DNA of 42,722 nucleotides, from IMG/VR virus record IMGVR_UViG_3300048905_000037, positions 1-42,722 of that record; one strand, 5' to 3'. Origin of the DNA: a virus. The notes below the pieces were generated by a model. It was given only the letters and a program-made list of their open reading frames with translations, was not told the DNA's origin and did not search any database. Both the position numbers and the translations under genes were made by a program. This document shows, piece by piece, positions 17,955 through 26,311 of the stretch; positions within the stretch are counted from its first letter, which is position 1, and each line of letters starts with the position of its first letter.

Positions 17955-18004
17955 CATAGTTTGATGTGATTTATTTCGGTGTTGCGTGCTCGCGGCAGGA
18001 ATTG

Positions 18005-20122
18005 TTACTGATCGCCTCCTTGCGGCTGCACTGCTGCCTGTTGCGCGGCCTGCGCCATCTGCTCGCGAGCCTGAGCGACACCTTCGACGTGTTGTGAGAC
18101 CGCCAATGCATGGTCGGCTTGCGCCTGGTCGATTCCGGCCAGCTTCGTCACGGTGTCGGCGTTGGTCTGGTCGACCTTCGCGTGCGTGAGCAGGGTGTCA
18201 GCCTCGGCCTTGCGCGCATCGGCCAGCGCTTTTTGCGCCGACGCCTGCAGGAACTCCGCGTTCGGGTCCGGCTGCTGCGCCGCGGCGGCCTGTTCCTGCG
18301 CCAGCTGCTTCTTCTCGTCCTCGGTCGGCTCGATCACGCCCATCTTGACCAGCTTGCGGCGGTAGAAGGCGCGGATGTCAGCCATGCCTTCGCCTTCCAG
18401 GTTCATCAGAATCATCGACGTGAGAACCGTCATGGTCTCGGGATCGGTCGTCATCTGCAGCACACCGGTCAGCTCCCGCACCAGCGCGGCCTTACGGCTC
18501 ACGGACGACGGGCCAACGTCCGGCACCACGTCGAACTTGGCCTTGCTCAGGTCGTTGGCCAGGTAGCTTTCGCCGGTCTCCTTGTTGATCATCGGCTTAA
18601 GCAGTTGGACCTGCCCGGGCTGATCGTCGCGGCCAACAGTTTTCATCTTGCGGCCGTCCTCGTGGAACAGTTCCTTGGCCATCGATTGCCAGACCTCTCC
18701 GACGCGCTTGATGGTCTTCTTGAAGTTATCGATGTAGATGAAGACCTGCATGTCCAGGCGCTGCTGGATCAGTTCGACGGCCTTGCCGGACTGGTTCGGC
18801 TGCAACTCTTCGCCGGCCTGCTGGCTTCCGAGCATCTCTTCAAGCGATGTCGCGGCAAGCTGTGCCAGGGCCGCCATTGCCGGCGGGAGGTTCGGCGCCT
18901 TGGTGTATTGCAGTACAGGCAAGCTTTGCTGTTGCGTCTGGGGGTCGGTCACCGGGTTCAGAAGCAGGACCGGGTATTTCTTGATCGCGTCCTCTGCCCA
19001 CATGGTTGCGTGCCCAGCAATCATCTCCGGCGTCACGATCGGCTTCTCGATGTCGAAGCGCGCCGCCATCTCGGCCAGCCAGGACTTGATCATGTTGTCC
19101 AGCACCTGCGCGTCGCGCGCCAGGCGGACATGGCCTTGGTAGCGCTCAACGCCGTCGATGAACATGCGCTTGCCGTAGAACGGGATCACAGGGATGTGGC
19201 AGCCGGCGATGTAGCCCTCGTCGGACAGGATCTTCCCGCCGCTCATGATGTACTTGTGCACCTTGCGCACCTTGCGGCGCTTCTCACGTAGCCAGCGGAA
19301 GCCCATTGCTTCGAGTTCGCCGCGCTTGTTCGGGTCGTCGTCGAGTTCCTTCTGTGTGACCTCCATCACATCCGGCTCACCGTCGCCCAGGGCCAGACCT
19401 TGGAAGAAGTGCACCAGCTCCTGCTTCTCCTCGACCTCGTAGACCTCGGCCACCCAGACGACATCCGGCGTGCACCAGTCGTATTCGGCCTGCGTGATGT
19501 CCTTCGGCCAGCTCGCCGGATCGTCGCCGTATTCGTCCTTGTAGTCCTCGGGCGTCATGCTCGACAGGACATAGCAGCGCTTGGCGTCGGACTTGTCGTA
19601 CTCCTTTCCGTCCAGGCTGAAGAAGACCGTGCTGTCGGCCTCGTGAATCGGCTTCAATGCGATGCGCTGGCGGGTATCCTCATCGTCGCTGTCGTCCTCG
19701 TAGCGGGCCTGCAAGCGCAGCGCGCCCATGCCGCCCGTTGTGCCTTCTTCGAAGCAGTTGTCGTAGGCGTCCTGGCCGCAGCTGTCCTGCTCATCGGCGC
19801 GGAACAGGCCATCGAGCGTGTCAGCCAGGTCATCGGCGCCCGAGCCGTCCTTCGCGATGAAATCGACGCTGATGCGGTTGTTGCGGTACTCGTTGATGAC
19901 CCGCAGAACGGCCAGGGCCACCTTGTTGAACTCGAACCGCGGCTTGTTCTCGAACTGCTCGCCGACCGGACCTTCCCATTGCGCGCCCGGAATCCAGCAA
20001 AAGCGGCGATCCGCTAAGCACTGAATGCGCACGTCGCGTGTCGCGGTCTGGATGTTGTCGAAGTCTTGCAGGAAGAAGCCGTGCTTGTCCTTCAAGCGCT
20101 GCTCGTTCGATGGGCGGCCCAT
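18005..20122 (-). CDS. Portal protein, P22 gp1 family
   Basis: DAKRCYVLSSMTPEDY...VWVAEVYEVEEKQELVHFFQ parallels P22 DARHCTVIHSMSQNGW...[20 protein letters not shown]. It is 705 aa with a long helical C-terminal barrel-like tail. Confidence 0.9.
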   Translation of the reverse strand: MGRPSNEQRLKDKHGFFLQDFDNIQTATRDVRIQCLADRRFCWIPGAQWEGPVGEQFENKPRFEFNKVALAVLRVINEYRNNRISVDFIAKDGSGADDLADTLDGLFRADEQDSCGQDAYDNCFEEGTTGGMGALRLQARYEDDSDDEDTRQRIALKPIHEADSTVFFSLDGKEYDKSDAKRCYVLSSMTPEDYKDEYGDDPASWPKDITQAEYDWCTPDVVWVAEVYEVEEKQELVHFFQGLALGDGEPDVMEVTQKELDDDPNKRGELEAMGFRWLREKRRKVRKVHKYIMSGGKILSDEGYIAGCHIPVIPFYGKRMFIDGVERYQGHVRLARDAQVLDNMIKSWLAEMAARFDIEKPIVTPEMIAGHATMWAEDAIKKYPVLLLNPVTDPQTQQQSLPVLQYTKAPNLPPAMAALAQLAATSLEEMLGSQQAGEELQPNQSGKAVELIQQRLDMQVFIYIDNFKKTIKRVGEVWQSMAKELFHEDGRKMKTVGRDDQPGQVQLLKPMINKETGESYLANDLSKAKFDVVPDVGPSSVSRKAALVRELTGVLQMTTDPETMTVLTSMILMNLEGEGMADIRAFYRRKLVKMGVIEPTEDEKKQLAQEQAAAAQQPDPNAEFLQASAQKALADARKAEADTLLTHAKVDQTNADTVTKLAGIDQAQADHALAVSQHVEGVAQAREQMAQAAQQAAVQPQGGDQ

Positions 20123-20211
20123 AGCTGATGCCTTTCGGAATGAATTTCCGATAGTCTATAGCTATGGATTGCGGAAGGGAAACAGATTCGATGGATGCGG
20201 CGCAGTGGCAG

Positions 20212-20619
20212 TTATGCGACGGTCTTGCCTATCTCGGCGGCGGCCCGAGTGATGGCGCGGCGGGTGGCGACTGGAGCGTCATCACCCGTCATTACCTCGG
20301 CAAAGATGAATTTCGCTTGGCCGCTGTGTATGAAGTGCGTTTTCGCTACCGCACGGTCGTGGAATACCTCCAGCGTGAGCCGAAGCTTCACGATCAAATT
20401 GAACGTATCATCGCTGTGCCGGAGCGGATTCCACCCGAACATGGTCGACCCATCCTCGAAGTGCAGGTTCACCCACTGCTCACCCTCGACGGTTTCGACC
20501 CGGATAGCGCCGAGTGCGCGCGAGGCCAACACCAGCAGCTCGAAGTCTGCTGGGTCCAGCTGCTTGCGCGGCGGCGCGGGGAGTTCGTCCACCTCTTCGA
20601 TGTCGTCGTATGGGTTCAT
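20212..20619 (-). CDS. DUF2591 / N4-gp49-like small phage protein (paralog of 40126-40503)
   Basis: ATG at 20619 (ATGA overlap). Shared motifs with 40126-40503: ELLVLASRALG/EVLELAAKAAG, WNPL..D.D and ATRRAITRAAAEIG/AVRRAIVRVAAESI. Confidence 0.6.
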   Translation of the reverse strand: MNPYDDIEEVDELPAPPRKQLDPADFELLVLASRALGAIRVETVEGEQWVNLHFEDGSTMFGWNPLRHSDDTFNLIVKLRLTLEVFHDRAVAKTHFIHSGQAKFIFAEVMTGDDAPVATRRAITRAAAEIGKTVA

Positions 20620-20810
20620 GCTTCGATTTTGCGGAAAAATCGCAAGGCAACGTTGGTGCACGTTTCGCTGGTCTGATCGCGCTGAACATCAACGACAAGG
20701 AAAGGCGCCGATGTTCGACGCAGTTGAGCAATCCGGAAACGCATGCCTGCCTTCCAGTTCAGCTGCGGAATGTCGGCTGTCAGTTCTACGAGTTCGCCTT
20801 GCTCCATCAT
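20616..20810 (-). CDS. Hypothetical small protein
   Basis: 64 codons between the terL stop and the next gene. The stop overlaps the downstream ATG. Confidence 0.45.
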   Translation of the reverse strand: MMEQGELVELTADIPQLNWKAGMRFRIAQLRRTSAPFLVVDVQRDQTSETCTNVALRFFRKIEA

Positions 20811-20833
20811 CCCTCCGTTGTCATTCCATCATT

Positions 20834-22066
20834 CTACCTGCGCCGGCTGAAGGCGGATACTGCGGGGATGGGCGCGGACGTTGCAGTCTTCGCCGCCGCC
20901 TGCGCACGACGCGCTCCTTCACACGCATATCGCAGCGCGTCGATCACGTGGTTGTCCTTGTCTTCGAGGATCGGCAGCACAAGCCCGGTCAGCGGATCGG
21001 TCTTGTACTTGTACAGCGTCAGCTCGTCGATCAGGTGCAGGCAGCGCGGATGGACGATGATGTCGAAGGATTTGAGCCACTGGATGCCGTCTTCCAGGCT
21101 GCCCGGACCTTTCACGGCCGGCAGGATCTTCGGGAACCCGTTCTTGCGCATGTGGCTGATGGTCTCCGGGCGGGCGCTGTCGGCGGTCAGCGGCCACTTC
21201 TCACTGTCGGGCACCGTCATGAACAGGGCGGGCGTGTCAACGATCTCGCAGCCGATCTGATAGGCCTCGTAGGGTACGTACAAGCGGCGTCCGACGATGT
21301 AGCACTGAATCAGCACCGTTGGGTCCACCGAGAAGCCCCAGTCGGCGCCCTGGCGCAGCACCGCGGTTGGATCGATGTCGAATTCCTCGATGGCCCAGTT
21401 CTTGAAGACGCGCGCTTCGCTGTTCTGCTCGTACTTGCCGAGCCAGACGTGGGCGTACTTGTCCGGATCGCGCGCCCGGTCGTACTCCATCTCATCGCGC
21501 AGCACGTCGGGGAACCACGGATTGTCCGTGTAGTTCACCTCGACCACCGTCGAGTTCGGCGGCGGGTTCTCGCAGCGGATGAGGGCGTCAACCGGGTCAG
21601 TGGCCTGGCGCGGGTTCCATGTGAACCAGATTTCGGAGCCGGGCTTACGGATTGTCGGGCGCAGCAGGTCGAGCGAGCGTTGACTGAGCGACTGAGCTTC
21701 TTCAACCCATGCGATGTCGAAGCCCTCCAGAGACTTGATCGTGTCAGCGGTATGGTTCTGCATGCCCTGAAAGATGATCTGGCCGCCATTCTTGGACTTG
21801 ATCATCGTGTCCTGCACCTCGAAGTAGGCGCCCGCGTTCAGCGACTCGATCTTCCCCTCCAAGAGCTTCTTCACGGACTGCTTCAGCGACTTCTGCACCT
21901 CGCGGACGCACACGGCATCGGTCTTGGTCATCAGCGAGCGCTCGATCAGCATCTCCCCGAAGAAGTGCGACTTGCCCGAGCCGCGGCCGCCGTGCGCGCC
22001 CTTGTACCGGGCCGGCTCCAAGAAGGGAAGGTAGATGCGCGGCGTCTGGATGTCGAGTACGGTCAT
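20834..22066 (-). CDS. terL: Terminase large subunit
   Basis: Walker A GGRGSGKSHF, a C-terminal nuclease-like region and 410 aa. The start overlaps the terS stop (ATGA). Confidence 0.9.
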   Translation of the reverse strand: MTVLDIQTPRIYLPFLEPARYKGAHGGRGSGKSHFFGEMLIERSLMTKTDAVCVREVQKSLKQSVKKLLEGKIESLNAGAYFEVQDTMIKSKNGGQIIFQGMQNHTADTIKSLEGFDIAWVEEAQSLSQRSLDLLRPTIRKPGSEIWFTWNPRQATDPVDALIRCENPPPNSTVVEVNYTDNPWFPDVLRDEMEYDRARDPDKYAHVWLGKYEQNSEARVFKNWAIEEFDIDPTAVLRQGADWGFSVDPTVLIQCYIVGRRLYVPYEAYQIGCEIVDTPALFMTVPDSEKWPLTADSARPETISHMRKNGFPKILPAVKGPGSLEDGIQWLKSFDIIVHPRCLHLIDELTLYKYKTDPLTGLVLPILEDKDNHVIDALRYACEGARRAQAAAKTATSAPIPAVSAFSRRR

Positions 22067-22551
22067 TTCTGCGGCACGTCGATCACGACCCGGCGAATCT
22101 CGGCTATTTGGACCGGTCCGCCGCCAGCGCCTGTCAGCTCGTTTGTCACCTTGTCGCCGTAACGCTTAGGGTCCCACTTGGCCAGCAACTTCAGGCGCGT
22201 CTCGATGCGCAATTTGCTCCGGCTGATCCATTCGGTATTCGCTCGGTCGCCGTTCTCGCCCTGGATCGTGTCGGAAGCGGTCTCGTCGGCGATGTCCAGG
22301 CATTCGGCGGCGATCTTGTCGAACCCGGCCTCGCGCGCGCACGCGAAGTCGGCGGAAAATGCCTCGTTTGCCCGTTTCCAATCGCTCACCGTACGAGAAG
22401 CTGGCATGTGATCATCCCGGCAAATCTTCTCCAGCGGCTCGCCATCGGACAAGCGACGACAAATCTCCTCCGCAATCTCCTGGGTGAATGTGCTCGGCCG
22501 GCCGCGTGGCTTCGGCGGCTCAGCAGGTGCTTTCGGCTCCTTACGCGGCAT
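22063..22551 (-). CDS. terS: Terminase small subunit
   Basis: Basic N-terminus plus an HTH-like RGRPSTFTQEIAEEICRRLSDGEPL. It is coupled to terL. Confidence 0.7.
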   Translation of the reverse strand: MPRKEPKAPAEPPKPRGRPSTFTQEIAEEICRRLSDGEPLEKICRDDHMPASRTVSDWKRANEAFSADFACAREAGFDKIAAECLDIADETASDTIQGENGDRANTEWISRSKLRIETRLKLLAKWDPKRYGDKVTNELTGAGGGPVQIAEIRRVVIDVPQK

Positions 22552-22591
22552 GATGGCTCTCTACAGTGGAATGTCTCAATTTTGCCACCAA

Positions 22592-22750
22592 TCAACTCTC
22601 TGCCGGTAACGATTCGCAGTTCAGCTCCGCTCCCTGATGCTGCATCTGCTCCAGATTGCGGCGCATGGCGTTGACCAGCGACTCAGCGATGCGCATGCCG
22701 ACGGTGAGACCGAGCAAGAAGCCGACGACGAAGCAGGCGATAGCGATCAT
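22592..22750 (-). CDS. Small membrane protein (52 aa)
   Basis: Hand-translated as MIAIACFVVGFLLGLTVGMRIAESLVNAMRRNLEQMQHQGAELNCESLPAES. The ATG overlaps the upstream stop (ATGA). It is below the ORF-track length cutoff. Confidence 0.45.
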   Translation of the reverse strand: MIAIACFVVGFLLGLTVGMRIAESLVNAMRRNLEQMQHQGAELNCESLPAES

Positions 22751-22959
22751 GACAACTCCTTATGGCGATGCACGCAGCCCGAGCATTGCGGGTCGCTTGC
22801 GTGGGTTTTGGTGTATTGGCAATCGGTGTTCATACGAAACGGCGCTTCTACCATGAGAGCGATTCGCGTGTCCGGCGGCCCAGGGTGATAGCCGTCCTGC
22901 ACGATCAGTGGAGCGTTGGCGATCGGGCGCGGCTTGTTGTGGCAACCATACATGCTCAT
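22747..22959 (-). CDS. Hypothetical Cys-containing small protein
   Basis: The ATG at 22959 overlaps the upstream stop. It contains C...C...CxxC. Confidence 0.45.
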   Translation of the reverse strand: MSMYGCHNKPRPIANAPLIVQDGYHPGPPDTRIALMVEAPFRMNTDCQYTKTHASDPQCSGCVHRHKELS

Positions 22960-23378
22960 GCTGACTCCAGCGGCGACCACCACGTCTGCGGCGACTGGCG
23001 CACGGTCTCAATGCGTTCATACGTGGCGCGCAGGCCCCAGCCAGGTTCGCGGATTTCAGCCGTGCTGCGCCGGGTCTTCTGCCGCACGCTCTCCTTGCGG
23101 CGCTTTTCTTCCCGCGATTGACCTGCAGGCTTCGGCGCATGCTCTCCGGGGCCAGCTACCCATACAGGCGCGACCGAGTGCCCGCTCGTCCAGCAGAAGA
23201 TGTGCGCCCGGCCTTCCTTGCCCAGCTTCTCCAGGTTGTTGCGCACGTTCTGCGCCGTGATGCCGGTTTCGCGGTGGATGCGGTCGGCGGTGCCGTCGCC
23301 CTTGCCGTGCGGCTGGGTCGCTTCCTGTTCGGCTGTGCGCAGGGCAGCGGCTACCTGATCGAGTTTGGAGCCCCTCAT
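22956..23378 (-). CDS. Winged-HTH-like protein; candidate late-gene regulator by position
   Basis: ADRIHRETGITAQNVRNNLEKLGKEGRAHI looks like an HTH. It lies after NinG and just before the late operon, in the slot of lambda Q. The function is inference. Confidence 0.5.
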   Translation of the reverse strand: MRGSKLDQVAAALRTAEQEATQPHGKGDGTADRIHRETGITAQNVRNNLEKLGKEGRAHIFCWTSGHSVAPVWVAGPGEHAPKPAGQSREEKRRKESVRQKTRRSTAEIREPGWGLRATYERIETVRQSPQTWWSPLESA

Positions 23379-23971
23379 GCTTTCTCCTTGAGTGCGCGCA
23401 GCTTGGCGCGATAGGTCTTGGTAACTTCGACAAGTTCAGAGACGGTCCATCGCTTTTCGGTGGGTGCGTACTCTAGGGCCTCGAGTTCAAGTACCGCCAC
23501 TTCCCCAATGCGCGCCACGAGTCCAACTCGATACTTAGCCCGTGTCGTCCCACCCGGACGGTTGCAGCCCTTACGCTGTTTGTGCACGTTGCGCTCGTCG
23601 AAGCGCAGGTGAGAGGCATGGCCTCGGCTAATCCAGTGCCCAGCGTCCCAGCCACCTCCCACGCCGCCTGCGCCTTTGGCATCGAAAGAATTGCAGCAGA
23701 TGCACGCCTGGTCCCGGTCACGGAAGCGGATGTAAGCATTGAAAGCAGTTTGAGCTTCACTGAGGTAGTCTCCTTTCTTCTTGTTGGCGGCTCGGTATTC
23801 GCGCAGTTGCTTGCGATCGGCCTTCTCTTTTTCCCTGCGTACGTGCGCAGACGCACAGGCCGGCGAGCAAACCTTTTGCATCGGGCGCACCTGGTTGAAC
23901 TTGTCCTTGCAGACGGTGCACTTGCGCTCTCGGAGCTGGGTGCGCAGGGCGGTGGAGCGGGCGAGGGTCAT
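23375..23971 (-). CDS. ninG: NinG/Rap-family recombination endonuclease
   Basis: KCTVCKDKF...CSPACA followed by CICC and GHWISRGH...RFDERNVHKQRKGCN is the NinG pattern. ATG at 23971 (ATGA overlap). Confidence 0.8.
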   Translation of the reverse strand: MTLARSTALRTQLRERKCTVCKDKFNQVRPMQKVCSPACASAHVRREKEKADRKQLREYRAANKKKGDYLSEAQTAFNAYIRFRDRDQACICCNSFDAKGAGGVGGGWDAGHWISRGHASHLRFDERNVHKQRKGCNRPGGTTRAKYRVGLVARIGEVAVLELEALEYAPTEKRWTVSELVEVTKTYRAKLRALKEKA

Positions 23972-24225
23972 GCCTCCCTCGGCACGATCACGGTCTTGTG
24001 GGTCTTGGCGCAGGTCTCGCACAGCACGGCCCAGTCGCCCAGATAGCCGAGGCGCATACCGCTGCGCTGGTTCATCGCTGGGTCGTCGTACTGCTCCTCG
24101 CCGGCGATGCGGTAAGGCGCCGCGTCAGGCCGATACTCGTCTGGCCCCCACTCGTAGCCCAAGTTCGAATCGTAGAAGGCCTTGCCGTCGCATACGTCGC
24201 AAAGCCGATAATCTGCTGCTGCCAT
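23968..24225 (-). CDS. Hypothetical zinc-ribbon-like protein
   Basis: The ATG at 24225 has SD GGGAGAA. It contains CDVCDG...CETC. Confidence 0.5.
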   Translation of the reverse strand: MAAADYRLCDVCDGKAFYDSNLGYEWGPDEYRPDAAPYRIAGEEQYDDPAMNQRSGMRLGYLGDWAVLCETCAKTHKTVIVPREA

Positions 24226-24278
24226 GTTCAGGTTCTCCCTATCGTTGTTGTGCCGCCCGGCTGGCGGGCGGGGCGGTG

Positions 24279-24764
24279 TTACCAGTCGCTCGAGCTGGAC
24301 GACGAGCCGCTGTCGTAGCTGCTGCTCGAGCACGAGTGATCGTGGCTGCTGTGGCTGTGGCTCGAGCCGTAATCGGTGCTCGAGTGCGACGAATGGCTGC
24401 TCGAGCTGCCGCAGTGACTCGAGCTGTGGCTCGACGTGCTTTCCGGCGCCGACCAGCTGGAGGCTTGGTTGATCGGGCTCAGTGGCGAAAGCGGATTCAG
24501 CGGGCTCAATGGATCGTCGTAGGTGCTGCTCGAGGAACGGCTCGATGTGATGCCGGAAGAGGTAGCAGGAGTTGCGGCGCGTTGAGTGGCCGCGGCAGAA
24601 CGGTAGCTCTGTGCTCGTGCAATCACGGCGCTGCCCTCCGCACGACGCTTTGCAGCAGCCGCCAAGCTGTCTTGCAGCTTTTGCATCTGCTTGTCGTGCT
24701 GGTCGCGCTGCTTTTGATATTCGCGCTCGCGGCGCTTGGCTGGGATGTTGAAAGGCCAGAACAT
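24279..24764 (-). CDS. Hypothetical protein with a Ser/His/Cys-rich low-complexity C-terminal half
   Basis: SD AGGAGA upstream. The C-terminus reads SSHSSSHCGSSSSHSSHSSTDYGSSHSHSSHDHSCSSSSYDSGSSSSSSDW. Confidence 0.55.
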   Translation of the reverse strand: MFWPFNIPAKRREREYQKQRDQHDKQMQKLQDSLAAAAKRRAEGSAVIARAQSYRSAAATQRAATPATSSGITSSRSSSSTYDDPLSPLNPLSPLSPINQASSWSAPESTSSHSSSHCGSSSSHSSHSSTDYGSSHSHSSHDHSCSSSSYDSGSSSSSSDW

Positions 24765-24773
24765 AGTTTTCTC

Positions 24774-24980
24774 CTAGGTGGACTGAAAAGGTGCGCTCGC
24801 GCGCGAAATGGTCTCAGTGCGTTGCTGCTTCTTGTGCGCCCACGATCCGCGAGCCAGGTACAGCACACAGGACGGGTCGTCTGCGTTCGCTGGCCGGTCG
24901 TGGTCGGTGCAGTCGCCGGTTCCCGCTTGAGCGGAAATGAACTTGGCGCAGGTGGAGCAGGACGGGTGGATGCGGTTCAA
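24774..24980 (-). CDS. Hypothetical Cys-rich small protein (TTG start)
   Basis: The TTG overlaps the dnaB stop (TTGA). It contains CSTC...C...C. There is no in-frame ATG. Confidence 0.4.
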   Translation of the reverse strand: MNRIHPSCSTCAKFISAQAGTGDCTDHDRPANADDPSCVLYLARGSWAHKKQQRTETISRASAPFQST

Positions 24981-26311
24981 TTGAAGCCTCCGCGACCTGA
25001 TGCCTTGGGCGTCTCCGCCGGGCGGCGAAACCAGCGGTAAGCGGTGTCTTCAAAGCGGGTTTGCGCGCCGATGTACTTCATGCCGACATACCCGGGCTGG
25101 CCCTGGCGTTGCTTCACGCTGATCCACTCGCAGATGCCGCGGTCAGGGCTGTCCTCGTTCCACAGCTCGTCGCGATAGAGGAAGATGATGTTGGCCGCGT
25201 CCTGCTCGATGTAGCCGGACACGCCCAGGTCGGACATGATCGGGCGCTTGTCCGAGCGCTTTTCGCACTCCCGGTTCAGCTGGGCCAGCAGGATCACTGC
25301 GGCGTCCAGTTCCTTGCCCAGGGCGATCAGCCCGCGCGTGTACTCGCCCATCGCCTCGTGCAGCTTGTCCGACTTAGCGCCGGTGATAAACGACAGCTGG
25401 TCAATGCAGATGATGTCGCAGCCGTGCTGCCGCTTGATCTTTCGGGCCTTGGCTCGGATCTCCGGCACCGAAAGGCCGGTCTGGTCGTCGATGAACAGGT
25501 TCAGGTCGCGGGATGCGATCGTGGCATTCGTGATCGCGCTCCAGCGTTCTTCGTCGGCGCGCGTTTCGCCCGGCTTGCGCAGCCAGGACATGTCGACCCG
25601 GGCCAGCGCCGAGATGTTCCGGTCGTTCACCTGATTGGTTGACATCTCCATCGACAGGAACAGGGACGAGTAGTCGCGGGCCACGTTGCGGCAGATGCCC
25701 AGGCCCGCGGCGGTCTTGCCAGTGCCAGGGCGGCCGGCAATTACGGTGAGGGTGCCGCGCTCCAGGCCGCCGTCGAGCATCTCATCGAGGTGCTTAAAAC
25801 CGGTCGGGATCGGGCGGACCTTGCCGTCCAGGCGCTGCTGCAGCAAGTCGATGTACTGGTCGAGAGTGGCGTCCAGGCGTTGCGGATCCTTGGCGGTCTT
25901 GCGCTGTGCCATGGCGTCGAGCTTGGCCGCGGCGTCGGCGATGCACTCCGTGCTGTCCTTGCCGGATTCCGCGTCGGCGGCCAGATCATGCGACAGAGCG
26001 GACAGCGCACGCTTGGTCGCCTTCTCGGTGATGATGCGGGCGTGGTACTCGATCTTCGACGCGCTGGCGGCGGACGAGTGCAGGCTGGCCAAGTAGGGCA
26101 GCATGTCCGGGTCGATCTTCTCGGCCAGGGTCACGGCGTCAACACGCTTGCCGGCGCTGATCTGGGCGGCGATCTCGGTGAACACGGTGCGGTGGTCGCC
26201 GCGGAAGAAGTGCGAGGCGCCCAGCTCGGGAATGCGGTCGAAGGCGTCGTTGTCGCGCAGCAGGGCACCGATGACGGCCTGCTCAGCTTCGATGTTGAAC
26301 TGGTCGATCAT
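24977..26311 (-). CDS. dnaB: Replicative DNA helicase (DnaB family)
   Basis: The N-terminus EAEQAVIGALL, Walker A GRPGTGKT, and the IDQLSF and LAQLNR motifs are all present. Confidence 0.9.
   Translation of the reverse strand: MIDQFNIEAEQAVIGALLRDNDAFDRIPELGASHFFRGDHRTVFTEIAAQISAGKRVDAVTLAEKIDPDMLPYLASLHSSAASASKIEYHARIITEKATKRALSALSHDLAADAESGKDSTECIADAAAKLDAMAQRKTAKDPQRLDATLDQYIDLLQQRLDGKVRPIPTGFKHLDEMLDGGLERGTLTVIAGRPGTGKTAAGLGICRNVARDYSSLFLSMEMSTNQVNDRNISALARVDMSWLRKPGETRADEERWSAITNATIASRDLNLFIDDQTGLSVPEIRAKARKIKRQHGCDIICIDQLSFITGAKSDKLHEAMGEYTRGLIALGKELDAAVILLAQLNRECEKRSDKRPIMSDLGVSGYIEQDAANIIFLYRDELWNEDSPDRGICEWISVKQRQGQPGYVGMKYIGAQTRFEDTAYRWFRRPAETPKASGRGGFN

Noticed and set aside
24289-24534. 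The cluster of seven CTCGAG sites as a DNA tandem repeat or CRISPR-like array.
   Set aside because: The spacing is irregular (36, 36, 18, 21, 18, 111) but always in frame. It is a by-product of TCG-AGC Ser-Ser codon pairs in a low-complexity coding region.
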